Shown in pieces: positions 20,910 through 29,360 of a stretch of DNA of 64,000 nt; position 1 is the first letter of the stretch, and the number at the start of each line of letters is the position of its first letter. This DNA is from Alphaproteobacteria bacterium (lineage in GTDB: Bacteria; Pseudomonadota; Alphaproteobacteria; JAAXGF01): the NCBI GenBank assembly GCA_963555825.3, contig CAUVXB020000002.1, forward strand, positions 672,001 through 736,000, in the 5' to 3' direction. A program made the position numbers and the translations under genes. The notes under the pieces were generated by a model. It worked only from the letters and a program-made list of their open reading frames with translations, searched no databases and was not told where the DNA came from.

Positions 20910-21157
20910 CTAGGCGGAGCTTTTGCCTCCCGCTGAGTCTGGATCGAGCAGGCGACGCCAGAGCGCCAGCGTTGCTGCCGCGATCCGGTCCTCTGAGAAC
21001 GTGTGCTCGACCAGAGCCCGCCCCCCGGCACCGAGGCGTGCGCGCAGCGCCGGATCGTGCGCCAACCGCAGGATTGCCGCTGCCAGCGCCGCCGGATCGC
21101 GGGGAGGGACCAGCAGCGCGCTCTCGCCCTCGCGGGCGATTTCGCGGCTGCCCGGCG
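20910..21157 (-). pseudogene. 3' remnant of a GT4 glycosyltransferase truncated by IS21
   Basis: PGSREIAREGESALLVPPRDPAALAAAILRLAHDPALRARLG is a GT4 C-terminus and abuts the IS21 end. Confidence 0.8.
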
Positions 21158-21348
21158 TGTCAATGGCGGAGCAAAAAGGGACCACCTCGGCGGTGTAAGA
21201 AGGGACCGCTTGGCGGCTGCGGGCTTGTCCCCGTAGTCCACGGGAGGGCCCCGCGCGCGACGCGGCGTGCCCTCAACAGGCTGACGCGGCGGCGCGCGCG
21301 GGAGGGACCTGTGGGCCCACGGGGTCAAGCGTGGGCTGGGTGGTCGGT

Positions 21349-22113
21349 TCAGTTAGCAGTCGGGGTTTGACGCCTGCGGCTCTGGTTGAGCCTGTAGCTG
21401 TCACCGTTCATCTCGAGGATGTTGACGTGGTGGGTGAGGCGATCGAGGAGCGCGCCGGTGAGGCGCTCGGAGCCGAACACCTCGGTCCATTCGTCGAAGG
21501 GCAGATTGGTGGTGACCAGGGTCGAGCCCCGCTCGTAGCGTTGGCTGAACACCTCGAACAACAGCTCGGCGCCGGTCTTCGACAGCGGCACGAAGCCGAG
21601 TTCGTCGACGATCAGAAGCTTGTAGGTGGCGAGCTTCTTCTGGAACCTCAGCAGCTGCTTGTCATCGCGGGCCTCGATGAGTTCGTGGACCAGCGCGGCG
21701 GCGGTGATGAAGCCGACCGAGAGGCCCTTCTGGCAGGCCGCCAGGCCGAGACCGAGGGCGATGTGGGTCTTGCCGGTCCCACTGTTGCCGAGCGCGATGA
21801 GGTTCTCGCGGCGCTCGATGTACTCGCAGCGGGCCAGCTCCAGGACCAGCGCCTTGTTGAGCGAGGGGATGACCTTGAAGTCGAAGCTGTCGAGGCTCTT
21901 GACCACGGGGAAGCGCGCCGCCTTGATGCGCCGCTCGACCATGCGGCGCTCGCGGTCGATCAGCTCGAGCTCGGCGAGTCTCAACAGGTAGCGGACGTGA
22001 TCGACGCCTTCCGAGGCGCACTGCCGGGCGATCTTGTCGTACTCGCGCAGGAAGGTCGGCAGCTTCAGCGTCTTGAGGTGGTGGGCGAGCAGCACTTGCG
22101 GTGTGTCGGTCAT
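21349..22113 (-). CDS. istB: IS21 helper ATPase IstB
   Basis: GNSGTGKT Walker A, LLIVDELG and LLDRLTHH motifs. Confidence 0.95.
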   Translation of the reverse strand: MTDTPQVLLAHHLKTLKLPTFLREYDKIARQCASEGVDHVRYLLRLAELELIDRERRMVERRIKAARFPVVKSLDSFDFKVIPSLNKALVLELARCEYIERRENLIALGNSGTGKTHIALGLGLAACQKGLSVGFITAAALVHELIEARDDKQLLRFQKKLATYKLLIVDELGFVPLSKTGAELLFEVFSQRYERGSTLVTTNLPFDEWTEVFGSERLTGALLDRLTHHVNILEMNGDSYRLNQSRRRQTPTAN

Positions 22114-23609
22114 GCGCCGAGCCCCGACAGCAGGCTCATGTACGACTTGGCGGACGTCATCGCGACCCGGGCGCGCGGCAGATACGGATAGACGTCGAGG
22201 TTGAGCCTGGGCGGCCGCCGCTCGATGCGGCACAGTACCAGGTGCTTCACCGCATCAAAGCCGATTGCGCCGAGCCGCAGGGCGTCGCCGACCGCACCCT
22301 CGACCTCCTCGAGCCGGAAGGTCTCCAGTAGACGGAGCACCTGGACGTACTCGCGCTTGCCTGCCTTGCCCATACGAGCTTCGAGGAGCCGCCGCAGAGT
22401 GATGAAGGCCTCGGGCAGGTCCCAGCCCGCCAATGGCGCGGCCTGGTCGAGGGCGCCGATCTTCTGCTCGATCAAGGGCAGGTAATGCAGCGGGTCGAAG
22501 ATCAGGTCCTCGCTGTCGTAGGACCGGCGGTGCCGGGCGATCACCTCGGCCCCGCAGCTGATCACCACCTCATCGACGTAGCCCCGGATGAGCACCTCAC
22601 GGTGGCCGTAGGCCACGGGCACGGAATAGTCGTTGCTGCGGTAACGCACCAGCGACAGCGAACTCGCCCGTCCAGGGCGCTTATCGCAGGCATCATAGGG
22701 AGCAGGCGGCAATGGCAAGAGAACTTGACGATCCCGCTCGAGACGCTCGCCGATGGTCTCCTTGTGGCCCCGCAGCCGCGCCGCCTGGCGCCGGCGGCAC
22801 TGTTCGGCGAGAGCATCGTTGAGGGCCGCGAAGCTCTCGGCACGCGGGACGGGGACCAGGAAGTTCCGCCGGATGAAGCCGACCAGTCCCTCGACCTTGC
22901 CCTTGTCGTTGCCCTTGCCCGGCCGGCCGAACCTGTCCTCGAACAGATAGTGGGACTGAAGCTCCGTGAAGACGCGCGTTCGCTGCCGCTTCCCATCGCC
23001 CAGGATCCGGGCAACCGCCAGCTTGGTGTTGTCGTACAGGATGGATCGGGGGACGCCGCCGAAGAAGGCAAACGCCGCGTTGTGGCCATCGCAGAATGCT
23101 TCGGTCGTCTCCGCCGGATAGGCCGCAACAAAGCAACCATCACTGTGGGGAAGGTCGAAGGCAAGGAAGTGGATCTTCCGTAACGCGCCGCCGATCACCG
23201 CCATCGCTTCGCCGAAGTCCGCCTGGGCGTGACCGGGGGAATGGGAGAGTGGCACGAACACCTCACGCGACCGAAGCCCCTGCTCACGAACGTAGTCCTT
23301 CACGATGGTGTAGCCGCCCGTGAAACCGTACTCGTCCCGGAGGCGGTCGAAGATGCGCTTCGCAGTGTGCCGTTGCTTGCGGTGGCTGGTCCGATCGTCT
23401 TCCAAGATCCGATCGATGATTCCCGTGAACGGACCCAGCTTTGGCCGCCTCGGCGGCGCGCTTCGGCGATACCCTGGCGGCACCGAGAACGACAGCATCT
23501 TACGGACCGTCTTGCGGTCTACACCAAACACCCGCGAGGCCTCGCGGGTGCTCATCCCCTCGACATGACACGCCCGCCGAACCCGTGCGTACAACTCCAC
23601 CCGATACAT
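22110..23609 (-). CDS. istA: IS21 transposase IstA
   Basis: HTH plus DDE core, 4-nt overlap with istB. Confidence 0.95.
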   Translation of the reverse strand: MYRVELYARVRRACHVEGMSTREASRVFGVDRKTVRKMLSFSVPPGYRRSAPPRRPKLGPFTGIIDRILEDDRTSHRKQRHTAKRIFDRLRDEYGFTGGYTIVKDYVREQGLRSREVFVPLSHSPGHAQADFGEAMAVIGGALRKIHFLAFDLPHSDGCFVAAYPAETTEAFCDGHNAAFAFFGGVPRSILYDNTKLAVARILGDGKRQRTRVFTELQSHYLFEDRFGRPGKGNDKGKVEGLVGFIRRNFLVPVPRAESFAALNDALAEQCRRRQAARLRGHKETIGERLERDRQVLLPLPPAPYDACDKRPGRASSLSLVRYRSNDYSVPVAYGHREVLIRGYVDEVVISCGAEVIARHRRSYDSEDLIFDPLHYLPLIEQKIGALDQAAPLAGWDLPEAFITLRRLLEARMGKAGKREYVQVLRLLETFRLEEVEGAVGDALRLGAIGFDAVKHLVLCRIERRPPRLNLDVYPYLPRARVAMTSAKSYMSLLSGLGA

Positions 23610-23832
23610 CCCCCCCGCCTTCCAGTCAGAGCAACCCTGACAGAAGGCTATACGCGGTCCCATTTTGGTCCGCCGCAGCCGGATCGACCGGCCGCTTCAG
23701 TGGGGGATTATTGCTCTGCCGTTCTCAGGTGGGCCTGTCCCACCACATCAGCCTCGCTTCAGGCGGAAAATCCGGCCGCCTCAGCTATTCTGCAAGATGT
23801 ATCGCACCCGGTTCCTTGGACACAAGTTTGTC

Positions 23833-24744
23833 TCATGCGGCGGGCCTGAGTGACATCGCGGTGTGCCACGCCTGACGAGCTTGAGCGGGGCTCAGGTAGC
23901 CGTTCTTCTCCACGATCCACTGGGCATTGTACTGTTCGACGAACCCGCGGACGGCGTTCCGCAGCTCCGCGATGTTGCGGTAGATGCGGCCATGGATGAT
24001 CTGTTCCTTGAGCGTGCGATTGAACCTCTCGGCGACGCCGTTGGTCTGGGGCTGTTCGACGAAGGCGTAGGACGGCTGGATGCCCCAGAACTTGATCTGG
24101 TTGGTGAAGTGGTCCGACAGATACTGGGAGCCGTGATCCATCCGCAAGGCCAGCCCCCGCGCCGCACCGGCGGAGGTCGAGGCATACAGCCTCGCAAGCC
24201 CCATGGAGATCGGCTGAAGGGCGGCGAAGCGGTCGCCTCGCTTGCACACATGCCAGCCGACGCACTCGGCGTTCCAATGCTCGATGGCGGTGAATATCCA
24301 GCCCCAGCCGTCGTCCACCGTGAACACCCGAACGCCGTCCGTGCCCCACATGAGGTTGGGGGCATGGGTGATGATCTCACCGACATGGGGATTTCCGCCA
24401 CGGCGGCGGCAGCGATGGGGCGAGAGCAGGTTGTTCTCGCGCATCACCCGGAGCCCCCGCTTGCGGGAAACACGGATGCCACGACAGACCCGAAGCCGAG
24501 CCCAGACCTTGCGGTGTCCCTCGCCCTCCCAGGGGGATGCCTCCAGGTCGGCCTCGATGGCCACCAGCAGAGCCTCGTCCGAGATCGAGGGCTTCGGTCC
24601 CCGGCGCTTTGCTGGTGGGCGCTCAGCGGTGGCCTGCTGCCGGGATTTCATGGCGTAGAACGAGGAACGGGCAAAACCCCAGGCCGCACAGACCCGCTGG
24701 AGGCCGTAGGCCAAACCCGTGCCGGGAGAGGTGGCGGCACTCAT
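23833..24744 (-). CDS. IS3-type transposase OrfB (rve integrase core)
   Basis: GHRKVWARL, PNLMWGTD, MDHGSQY and NGVAERFNRTLK motifs. Confidence 0.9.
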   Translation of the reverse strand: MSAATSPGTGLAYGLQRVCAAWGFARSSFYAMKSRQQATAERPPAKRRGPKPSISDEALLVAIEADLEASPWEGEGHRKVWARLRVCRGIRVSRKRGLRVMRENNLLSPHRCRRRGGNPHVGEIITHAPNLMWGTDGVRVFTVDDGWGWIFTAIEHWNAECVGWHVCKRGDRFAALQPISMGLARLYASTSAGAARGLALRMDHGSQYLSDHFTNQIKFWGIQPSYAFVEQPQTNGVAERFNRTLKEQIIHGRIYRNIAELRNAVRGFVEQYNAQWIVEKNGYLSPAQARQAWHTAMSLRPAA

Positions 24745-25172
24745 CGCCGCGACCTCCGCCGCCCCAAAGGGCCGGACGTCTCCGTCTTGGCCTCCAGCAG
24801 TTCCACCTGCATGATCAACTCCCCGATCCGCTTCATGGCGATGTCCAGTTCCGCCTTCACCGGATCGCCCTTGCGTTCCTTGAGCGAGGCATCGATCCCG
24901 GCGATCGCCTTCTCACGCCACTGCTCGAGCCGGAAAATCTCCACGCCCAACTGCCGCGACAAAAGTTCCACCGGCTCGCCACGCAAAAGCCGCAGGGCAA
25001 CCTCACGCTTGCGCGTCACCGTCCACCGCTGGCCAAGTCCCAGCGGGCCTGCCGGCGAAACCTGGCCCGGGGAAAACGTGGACGAGCCAAGCTCGCCCTC
25101 GTTTACCACAGGCCCATCAACAGCAACTTTGTTCTCAAAATTGTCGGTCATGTTCCGGTCCTCCTTGGACAC
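24741..25172 (-). CDS. IS3-type OrfA (HTH plus coiled coil)
   Basis: RWTVTRKREVALRLLRGE...LEQWRE...KRIGELIMQVELL. ATGA overlap with orfB. Confidence 0.8.
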   Translation of the reverse strand: MSKEDRNMTDNFENKVAVDGPVVNEGELGSSTFSPGQVSPAGPLGLGQRWTVTRKREVALRLLRGEPVELLSRQLGVEIFRLEQWREKAIAGIDASLKERKGDPVKAELDIAMKRIGELIMQVELLEAKTETSGPLGRRRSRR

Positions 25173-25269
25173 TTCGATTAAGCCAATTCTGTGTCCAAGG
25201 AAATCGGGTCCGACTCAGCTATTCTGCAAGAGGCTCGTTCTTTTACAACATATTAGAATTATTTTCTGT

Positions 25270-25793
25270 CTTCGGGATGCCAAGACCGGCGGACGGGTCG
25301 TGCCGCTCGGTCCGGAGGCCCGCGCCGTGTTGTCCACCCTTCCCCGCGAGAACGACAATCCTTGGGTCATTTGCTGGCAAGCTGCCAGGCTCGCACCTCA
25401 CCGATCTGCAGCGACCCTGGCGGCGCATCCGCGAGCGCGCCGGGCTTCAAGACGTACGAATTCATGACCTTCGACACTCCTTCGCGTCCCGTGCGCTGGC
25501 CTTGGGCGAGAGCCTGACGATGATCGGGAAGCTCCTCTGACATACCCAAGTCCAGACCGTGCCTATCCGCTTTACGCATACACCCACTAGGGGTAAATTG
25601 GGTGCGTAAAATGGCGAGCGGAAGCATCCTACATGTAGTGTGTGTCTGCATTAACCGGATAGGCACGGTCCAGACAACCGTTCGTTACGCCCACCTTGCC
25701 CGGGATTCTATCCAGACTGCCGCGGCTCGGATCACAGGGAGCATCGGCAGCGATCTTGCCTTTACTAATCCTTCCAATCAGACTGTTCGATAG
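25270..25793 (+). pseudogene. tyrosine recombinase/integrase C-terminal remnant
   Basis: LRDAKTGGRVVPL, VRIHDLRHSFAS, IGKLL*HTQVQT and TVRYAHL. Contains a frameshift, a stop and a MITE insertion. Confidence 0.85.
25558..25667. mobile_element. 110-bp MITE, probably IS1595-family derived
   Basis: IRs CGTGCCTATCCGCTTTACGCATACAC / CGTGCCTATCCGGTTAATGCAGACAC. 8-bp TSD GTCCAGAC at 25550-25557 and 25668-25675. Confidence 0.88.
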
Positions 25794-26099
25794 GTCATAC
25801 ATCTCTAAAACGGGAAAGACAAAGCACGCCACGCCCGTCAGGGCGACAAACGCCGCCGCCGCGACCGCGTGTGCTCGTCGACAGCCGTTGAGTATGCCGT
25901 ACCGGTAGATGAACACGGCCACATAGACGATCGGCACCAGATACGCCCCGACCGACCACGAACGCTCGCCCATCAAGACGAACACAAGCGCCACGTAGGC
26001 CAGCAATGGCACCAGCACGCCGAGCGCCCAGCGCGCGAAGGAGATGGGCGCGGCACGGTTGGCGGCATCGGTCGGGGTCACGGGCGGGCTCGCGGTCAT
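25629..26099 (-). CDS. hypothetical membrane protein (3' end probably replaced by integrase-derived DNA)
   Basis: Three hydrophobic segments, then read-through antisense to the integrase remnant. Confidence 0.5.
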   Translation of the reverse strand: MTASPPVTPTDAANRAAPISFARWALGVLVPLLAYVALVFVLMGERSWSVGAYLVPIVYVAVFIYRYGILNGCRRAHAVAAAAFVALTGVACFVFPVLEMYDLSNSLIGRISKGKIAADAPCDPSRGSLDRIPGKVGVTNGCLDRAYPVNADTHYM

Positions 26100-26213
26100 G
26101 TCGGTCTGCTCACGGCGGCGCCGATCGGGCGTCGGCCGGGCATCCTGCGTCAACGGTGTGGCGAAACTTAGACCAAACCGCCGTTACAACCAACAGCGGT
26201 AGTTGATGGCAGT

Positions 26214-26669
26214 CTACAACTTTCCCTTGACGACGTAGGCGAGCAGGCGGACGACTTGCTCGAGGGTCTCGGCAACGGCTAAGGCCGCGGCGTCGACCTC
26301 CTTGAGCGCATGGCCGAGCGCGGCGTCGTGGAGCGTGATGACCGGGGTGCCCAACGCCGCGGCGTAGCCCGCGTCGAAGGCGGCGTTCCACTGACGGTAC
26401 TCGTCGCCGAAGCGCACGACGACGACATCGGCGCGCTCGATCTGCGTGCGCGTGCGGATGGCGTTGACCTTGGCGCCCTTGTGGTCGCGCCAGAAGTCAT
26501 CCGCCTCGGCGCCCAAGATCGCGACGCCGGCCGCGTCGCTGGTGGCATGATCGGTAACCGGTGCGAGCAACGTCACGTCGAGCCCCGCGGCCGCCACGCC
26601 TTCGCGAATGCGCTCGCGCCAATCGCTGTGGATATCACCCGAAAGATAGACCGTCAGATCGTCGCTCAT
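26214..26669 (-). CDS. YtoQ family protein (nucleoside 2-deoxyribosyltransferase-like fold)
   Basis: VYLSGDIHSDWRE, KVNAIRTR, YRQWNAAFDAGYAAALG and HALKEVD motifs. Confidence 0.88.
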   Translation of the reverse strand: MSDDLTVYLSGDIHSDWRERIREGVAAAGLDVTLLAPVTDHATSDAAGVAILGAEADDFWRDHKGAKVNAIRTRTQIERADVVVVRFGDEYRQWNAAFDAGYAAALGTPVITLHDAALGHALKEVDAAALAVAETLEQVVRLLAYVVKGKL

Positions 26670-26695
26670 ACCAAGCCCTTATGCCCAGATGGAAA

Positions 26696-28483
26696 TCAAT
26701 ACAGCCCCTCGAGCACCGCGCCGTAGCGCGCCGTGACGGCGTGGCGGCGGACCTTGAGCGTCGGCGTCATCTCGCCGTTGTCGACAGTGAAGGGCTCGGC
26801 GGCGACGGCGTGGCGCTTGATCCGCTCGATCGGCGAGAGGCCCGCGTTGGCGCGCTCGACCGCGGCGCCCAGCGCACGCTTGAAGGCGGCGTCGGCGGCC
26901 AATGCCGCAAGGTCGGCGGCGACGCCGTTGGTCTCGGCGTAGACCTCGACGAAGTCCGCGTCGGGCACGATCAGCGCGACCAGATGCGGGCGGCGGTCGC
27001 CGAACACCATCGCCTGGGCGATCTCGGGCTCGAGCGCGAGCACGCCCTCGACGCGCTGCGGCGCCAGGTTGTCGCCGCCCGAGTTGACGATGATGTCCTT
27101 CTTGCGGTCGGTGATCTCGATGTAGCCGTCGGCGTCCAGCACACCGATGTCGCCGGTATGCAGCCAGCCGTCGGCGAGCGCCTCGGCGGTGGCCTCCGCG
27201 TTGTTCCAGTAGCCGTCCATGACCAGTTCGCCGCGCACCAGGATCTCGCCGTCCTCGGCGATCCTTACCTCGACGCCGTCGAGCGGCGGGCCGACCGTGC
27301 GCAGCTTGTTGCGCTCGGGCCGGTTGGCCGAGATGACCGGCGCCGCCTCGGTCTGGCCATAGCCCTGCAACAGCGGCAGGCCGAGCGCGACGAAGAACAG
27401 CCCGACGTCGTAGTTCAACGGCGCGCCGCCCGAGATCAGCGCCTTGAGCCGGCCGCCGAAGCGCCCGCGCACCTTGTCGCGCACCAGCCGCTCGACCAGC
27501 CGGTCGAGCAGCCGGTCGCCGAACGACAGGCTGGCCGGGTCCTCGTAGCGCCGGCGGCCGAGCTCGAGCGCCGCGTCGAACAGCTTGCGCTTCAGGCCCT
27601 CGGTGCGCTTGACGCCCGCCAGGATGCGCTGGCGCATGGTCTCGAACAGCCGGGGCACGCAGGTGAGGATCGTCGGGCGCGCCTCGGTCAGGTTGGCGGC
27701 CAGCGTCTCGGCACCCTCGGCGTAGTAGATCTGCGCGCCGATCGAGATCGGGAAGTGCAGCCCCGCGGTGTGCTCGTAGGAATGCGACAGCGGCAGGAAC
27801 GACAGGAACACCTCGTCGGTCAGGCCGAGCCCGGCCAGCAGCCCGTGGGCGCCGCCGATATTGCACAGGATCGCCGCGTGAGAGAGCATGACGCCCTTGG
27901 GCCGCCCGCCGGTGCCCGAGGTGTAGATGATGCAGGCGAGGTCGCGCCGCGTCAGGCGGCCGACCAGTTCGGCGACGTCGTCGGGCGCCGCGCGGCCGCG
28001 CGCGACGACCTCGTCCCAGGCGTGGACCGCGACCGCTTGCCCCTCGGCGCGCTCGGGAGGCTCCATGGCGACGACCAAGCGCAGCTCGGGCGCGGCGTCG
28101 GCGGCCGGCAGCAGGCGTTCGGCGAGCGCGGACGTCGAGACGATCGCCGCGGTGGCGCCCGAATCGGTCAGGATATGGCCGTGATCGTCGGTCGTGTTGG
28201 TCGTGTAGGCGGGCACCGGCACGGCGCCGGCGGCCATGATCGCGAGGTCGGCGACGACCCAGTTGGGCCGGTTCTCCGAGACCAGCACGACGCGGTCGCC
28301 GCGCGCGACGCCGAGCGCGCGCAGGCCGCGCGACAGCGCCGAGACCTCGTCGGCGATGGCGCGCCACGACTGCGGCCGGTACGCGCCGCCGTGCTTCGAC
28401 CACAGGAAGGGTGCGTCGCCGCCCGCCGCGGCGCAGTCGAAAAACATCGCCGCCAGATTGGTCCACACCTCGTCGCGCATCAT
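26696..28483 (-). CDS. long-chain fatty acid--CoA ligase (AMP-binding)
   Basis: IIYTSGTGGRPKGV, QGYGQTE, WLHTGDIG and TPTLKVRR motifs. Start placed at MMRDEVW. Confidence 0.92.
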   Translation of the reverse strand: MMRDEVWTNLAAMFFDCAAAGGDAPFLWSKHGGAYRPQSWRAIADEVSALSRGLRALGVARGDRVVLVSENRPNWVVADLAIMAAGAVPVPAYTTNTTDDHGHILTDSGATAAIVSTSALAERLLPAADAAPELRLVVAMEPPERAEGQAVAVHAWDEVVARGRAAPDDVAELVGRLTRRDLACIIYTSGTGGRPKGVMLSHAAILCNIGGAHGLLAGLGLTDEVFLSFLPLSHSYEHTAGLHFPISIGAQIYYAEGAETLAANLTEARPTILTCVPRLFETMRQRILAGVKRTEGLKRKLFDAALELGRRRYEDPASLSFGDRLLDRLVERLVRDKVRGRFGGRLKALISGGAPLNYDVGLFFVALGLPLLQGYGQTEAAPVISANRPERNKLRTVGPPLDGVEVRIAEDGEILVRGELVMDGYWNNAEATAEALADGWLHTGDIGVLDADGYIEITDRKKDIIVNSGGDNLAPQRVEGVLALEPEIAQAMVFGDRRPHLVALIVPDADFVEVYAETNGVAADLAALAADAAFKRALGAAVERANAGLSPIERIKRHAVAAEPFTVDNGEMTPTLKVRRHAVTARYGAVLEGLY

Positions 28484-28520
28484 GCCTCGCACTATCTTGT
28501 TGCTGGCCAAGGCGGCGATA

Positions 28521-28832
28521 TTAAGCCGCATCGTCCAGCTTGGTGAAGCGGCCCGCGAGCACCCGCCTGTCGGGGTCGATCCTGACGACGGTCGCGCGAC
28601 AGGCGATGTCGAGCATCTGTTGGCCAAGCCGCGCCCGGAACCGGATGTCGAGACCGTCCGTGACGTCGCGCTCGATGGCGCAGGACGTCGCCAGGAAGCC
28701 CGCCGAACTCCAGTTCTTGATCGGGTAGATCTGGCCGTCGATCTCGATCGTGCCGTCGACCGCCGCGATGCGCGGCTCTTGCCTGCGCTCGGGTACCGGG
28801 CCGAACAGAAAATCCTTGATGCGTTCGAACAT
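28521..28832 (-). CDS. PilZ-like domain protein
   Basis: ERRQEPR (RxxxR) and NWSSAG (D/NxSxxG) motifs in a ~100-aa beta-rich protein. Confidence 0.65.
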   Translation of the reverse strand: MFERIKDFLFGPVPERRQEPRIAAVDGTIEIDGQIYPIKNWSSAGFLATSCAIERDVTDGLDIRFRARLGQQMLDIACRATVVRIDPDRRVLAGRFTKLDDAA

Positions 28833-28863
28833 GGGGCGTCCCCGGGAAGCGTGGCCGATTGCG

Positions 28864-29115
28864 CTACGCGAGCCCTCGATAGATATCGACCTTGCAGACG
28901 AAGGAATCGATCGACATGCCGTCGCCGGCGAAGCGTTGCTCGATGCGGCGGAAGCAAGGCTCGACGACGAGACCGGCAAGCACCGCTTCGTCCATGGCGC
29001 CTTGAAGCTCGGCAACGGCACGGCGCGTTCGCTCGGCGATTTCCGGGTCGCAAGGCGGCGACTGGTCGTGGGCTTTCTTGCTCGCGTTGGGGAAGGGAAT
29101 CGTATTCGACGCCAT
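28864..29115 (-). CDS. hypothetical protein
   Basis: 83-aa ORF with RBS AAGGAAGGA, co-oriented with the downstream genes. Confidence 0.55.
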   Translation of the reverse strand: MASNTIPFPNASKKAHDQSPPCDPEIAERTRRAVAELQGAMDEAVLAGLVVEPCFRRIEQRFAGDGMSIDSFVCKVDIYRGLA

Positions 29116-29360
29116 GACCACTGGTTCCTTCCTTGTCATCCGCCGCCCGTCCCGGGCGGGTACCGCGCCTCGTGGCGCACGCACAAAGAGCCCCGTTCCG
29201 AAGAACGAGGCTCGGTATATCCGATAACCTCTACATGATTCGGTAATCCGGGCCGCCGGCCCGGGCGGCAAGGGATCGTCAGCCTTGCCGAGGCCCATTC
29301 TGACCAATTTCGCGCTCCAGTCATCACCCGAATGGGTGATAATCGAGGGATTTCCCTTAA

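Larger units (their letters stand above)
21158..23727 (-). mobile_element. IS21-family element, copy 2 (complete, 2570 bp)
   Basis: IRs TGTCAATGGCGGAGCAAAAAGGGACCAC / TGAGAACGGCAGAGCAATAATCCCCCAC around istAB. No TSD. Confidence 0.96.
23798..25217 (-). mobile_element. IS3-type two-ORF element
   Basis: IRs TGTATCGCACCCGGTTCCTTGGACACA / TGAGTCGGACCCGATTTCCTTGGACACA, flanked by the direct repeat GCTATTCTGCAAGA. Confidence 0.88.
23728..25236 (-). mobile_element. left-end remnant (~75 bp after removing the insert) of an IS5/IS1182-type element, interrupted by an IS3-type element
   Basis: Reconstructed minus strand GAGCCTCTTGCAGAATAGCTGAGGCGG...GTGGGACAGGCCCACC parallels 11850-11924. Confidence 0.75.

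Noticed and set aside
26561-28546. Long overlapping ORFs (661 aa plus strand, 595 aa alternative frame), and similar ones over ParB, the helicase and dctM
   Set aside because: Shadow ORFs of high-GC genes, with no motifs and Arg/Ala/Gly-biased composition.
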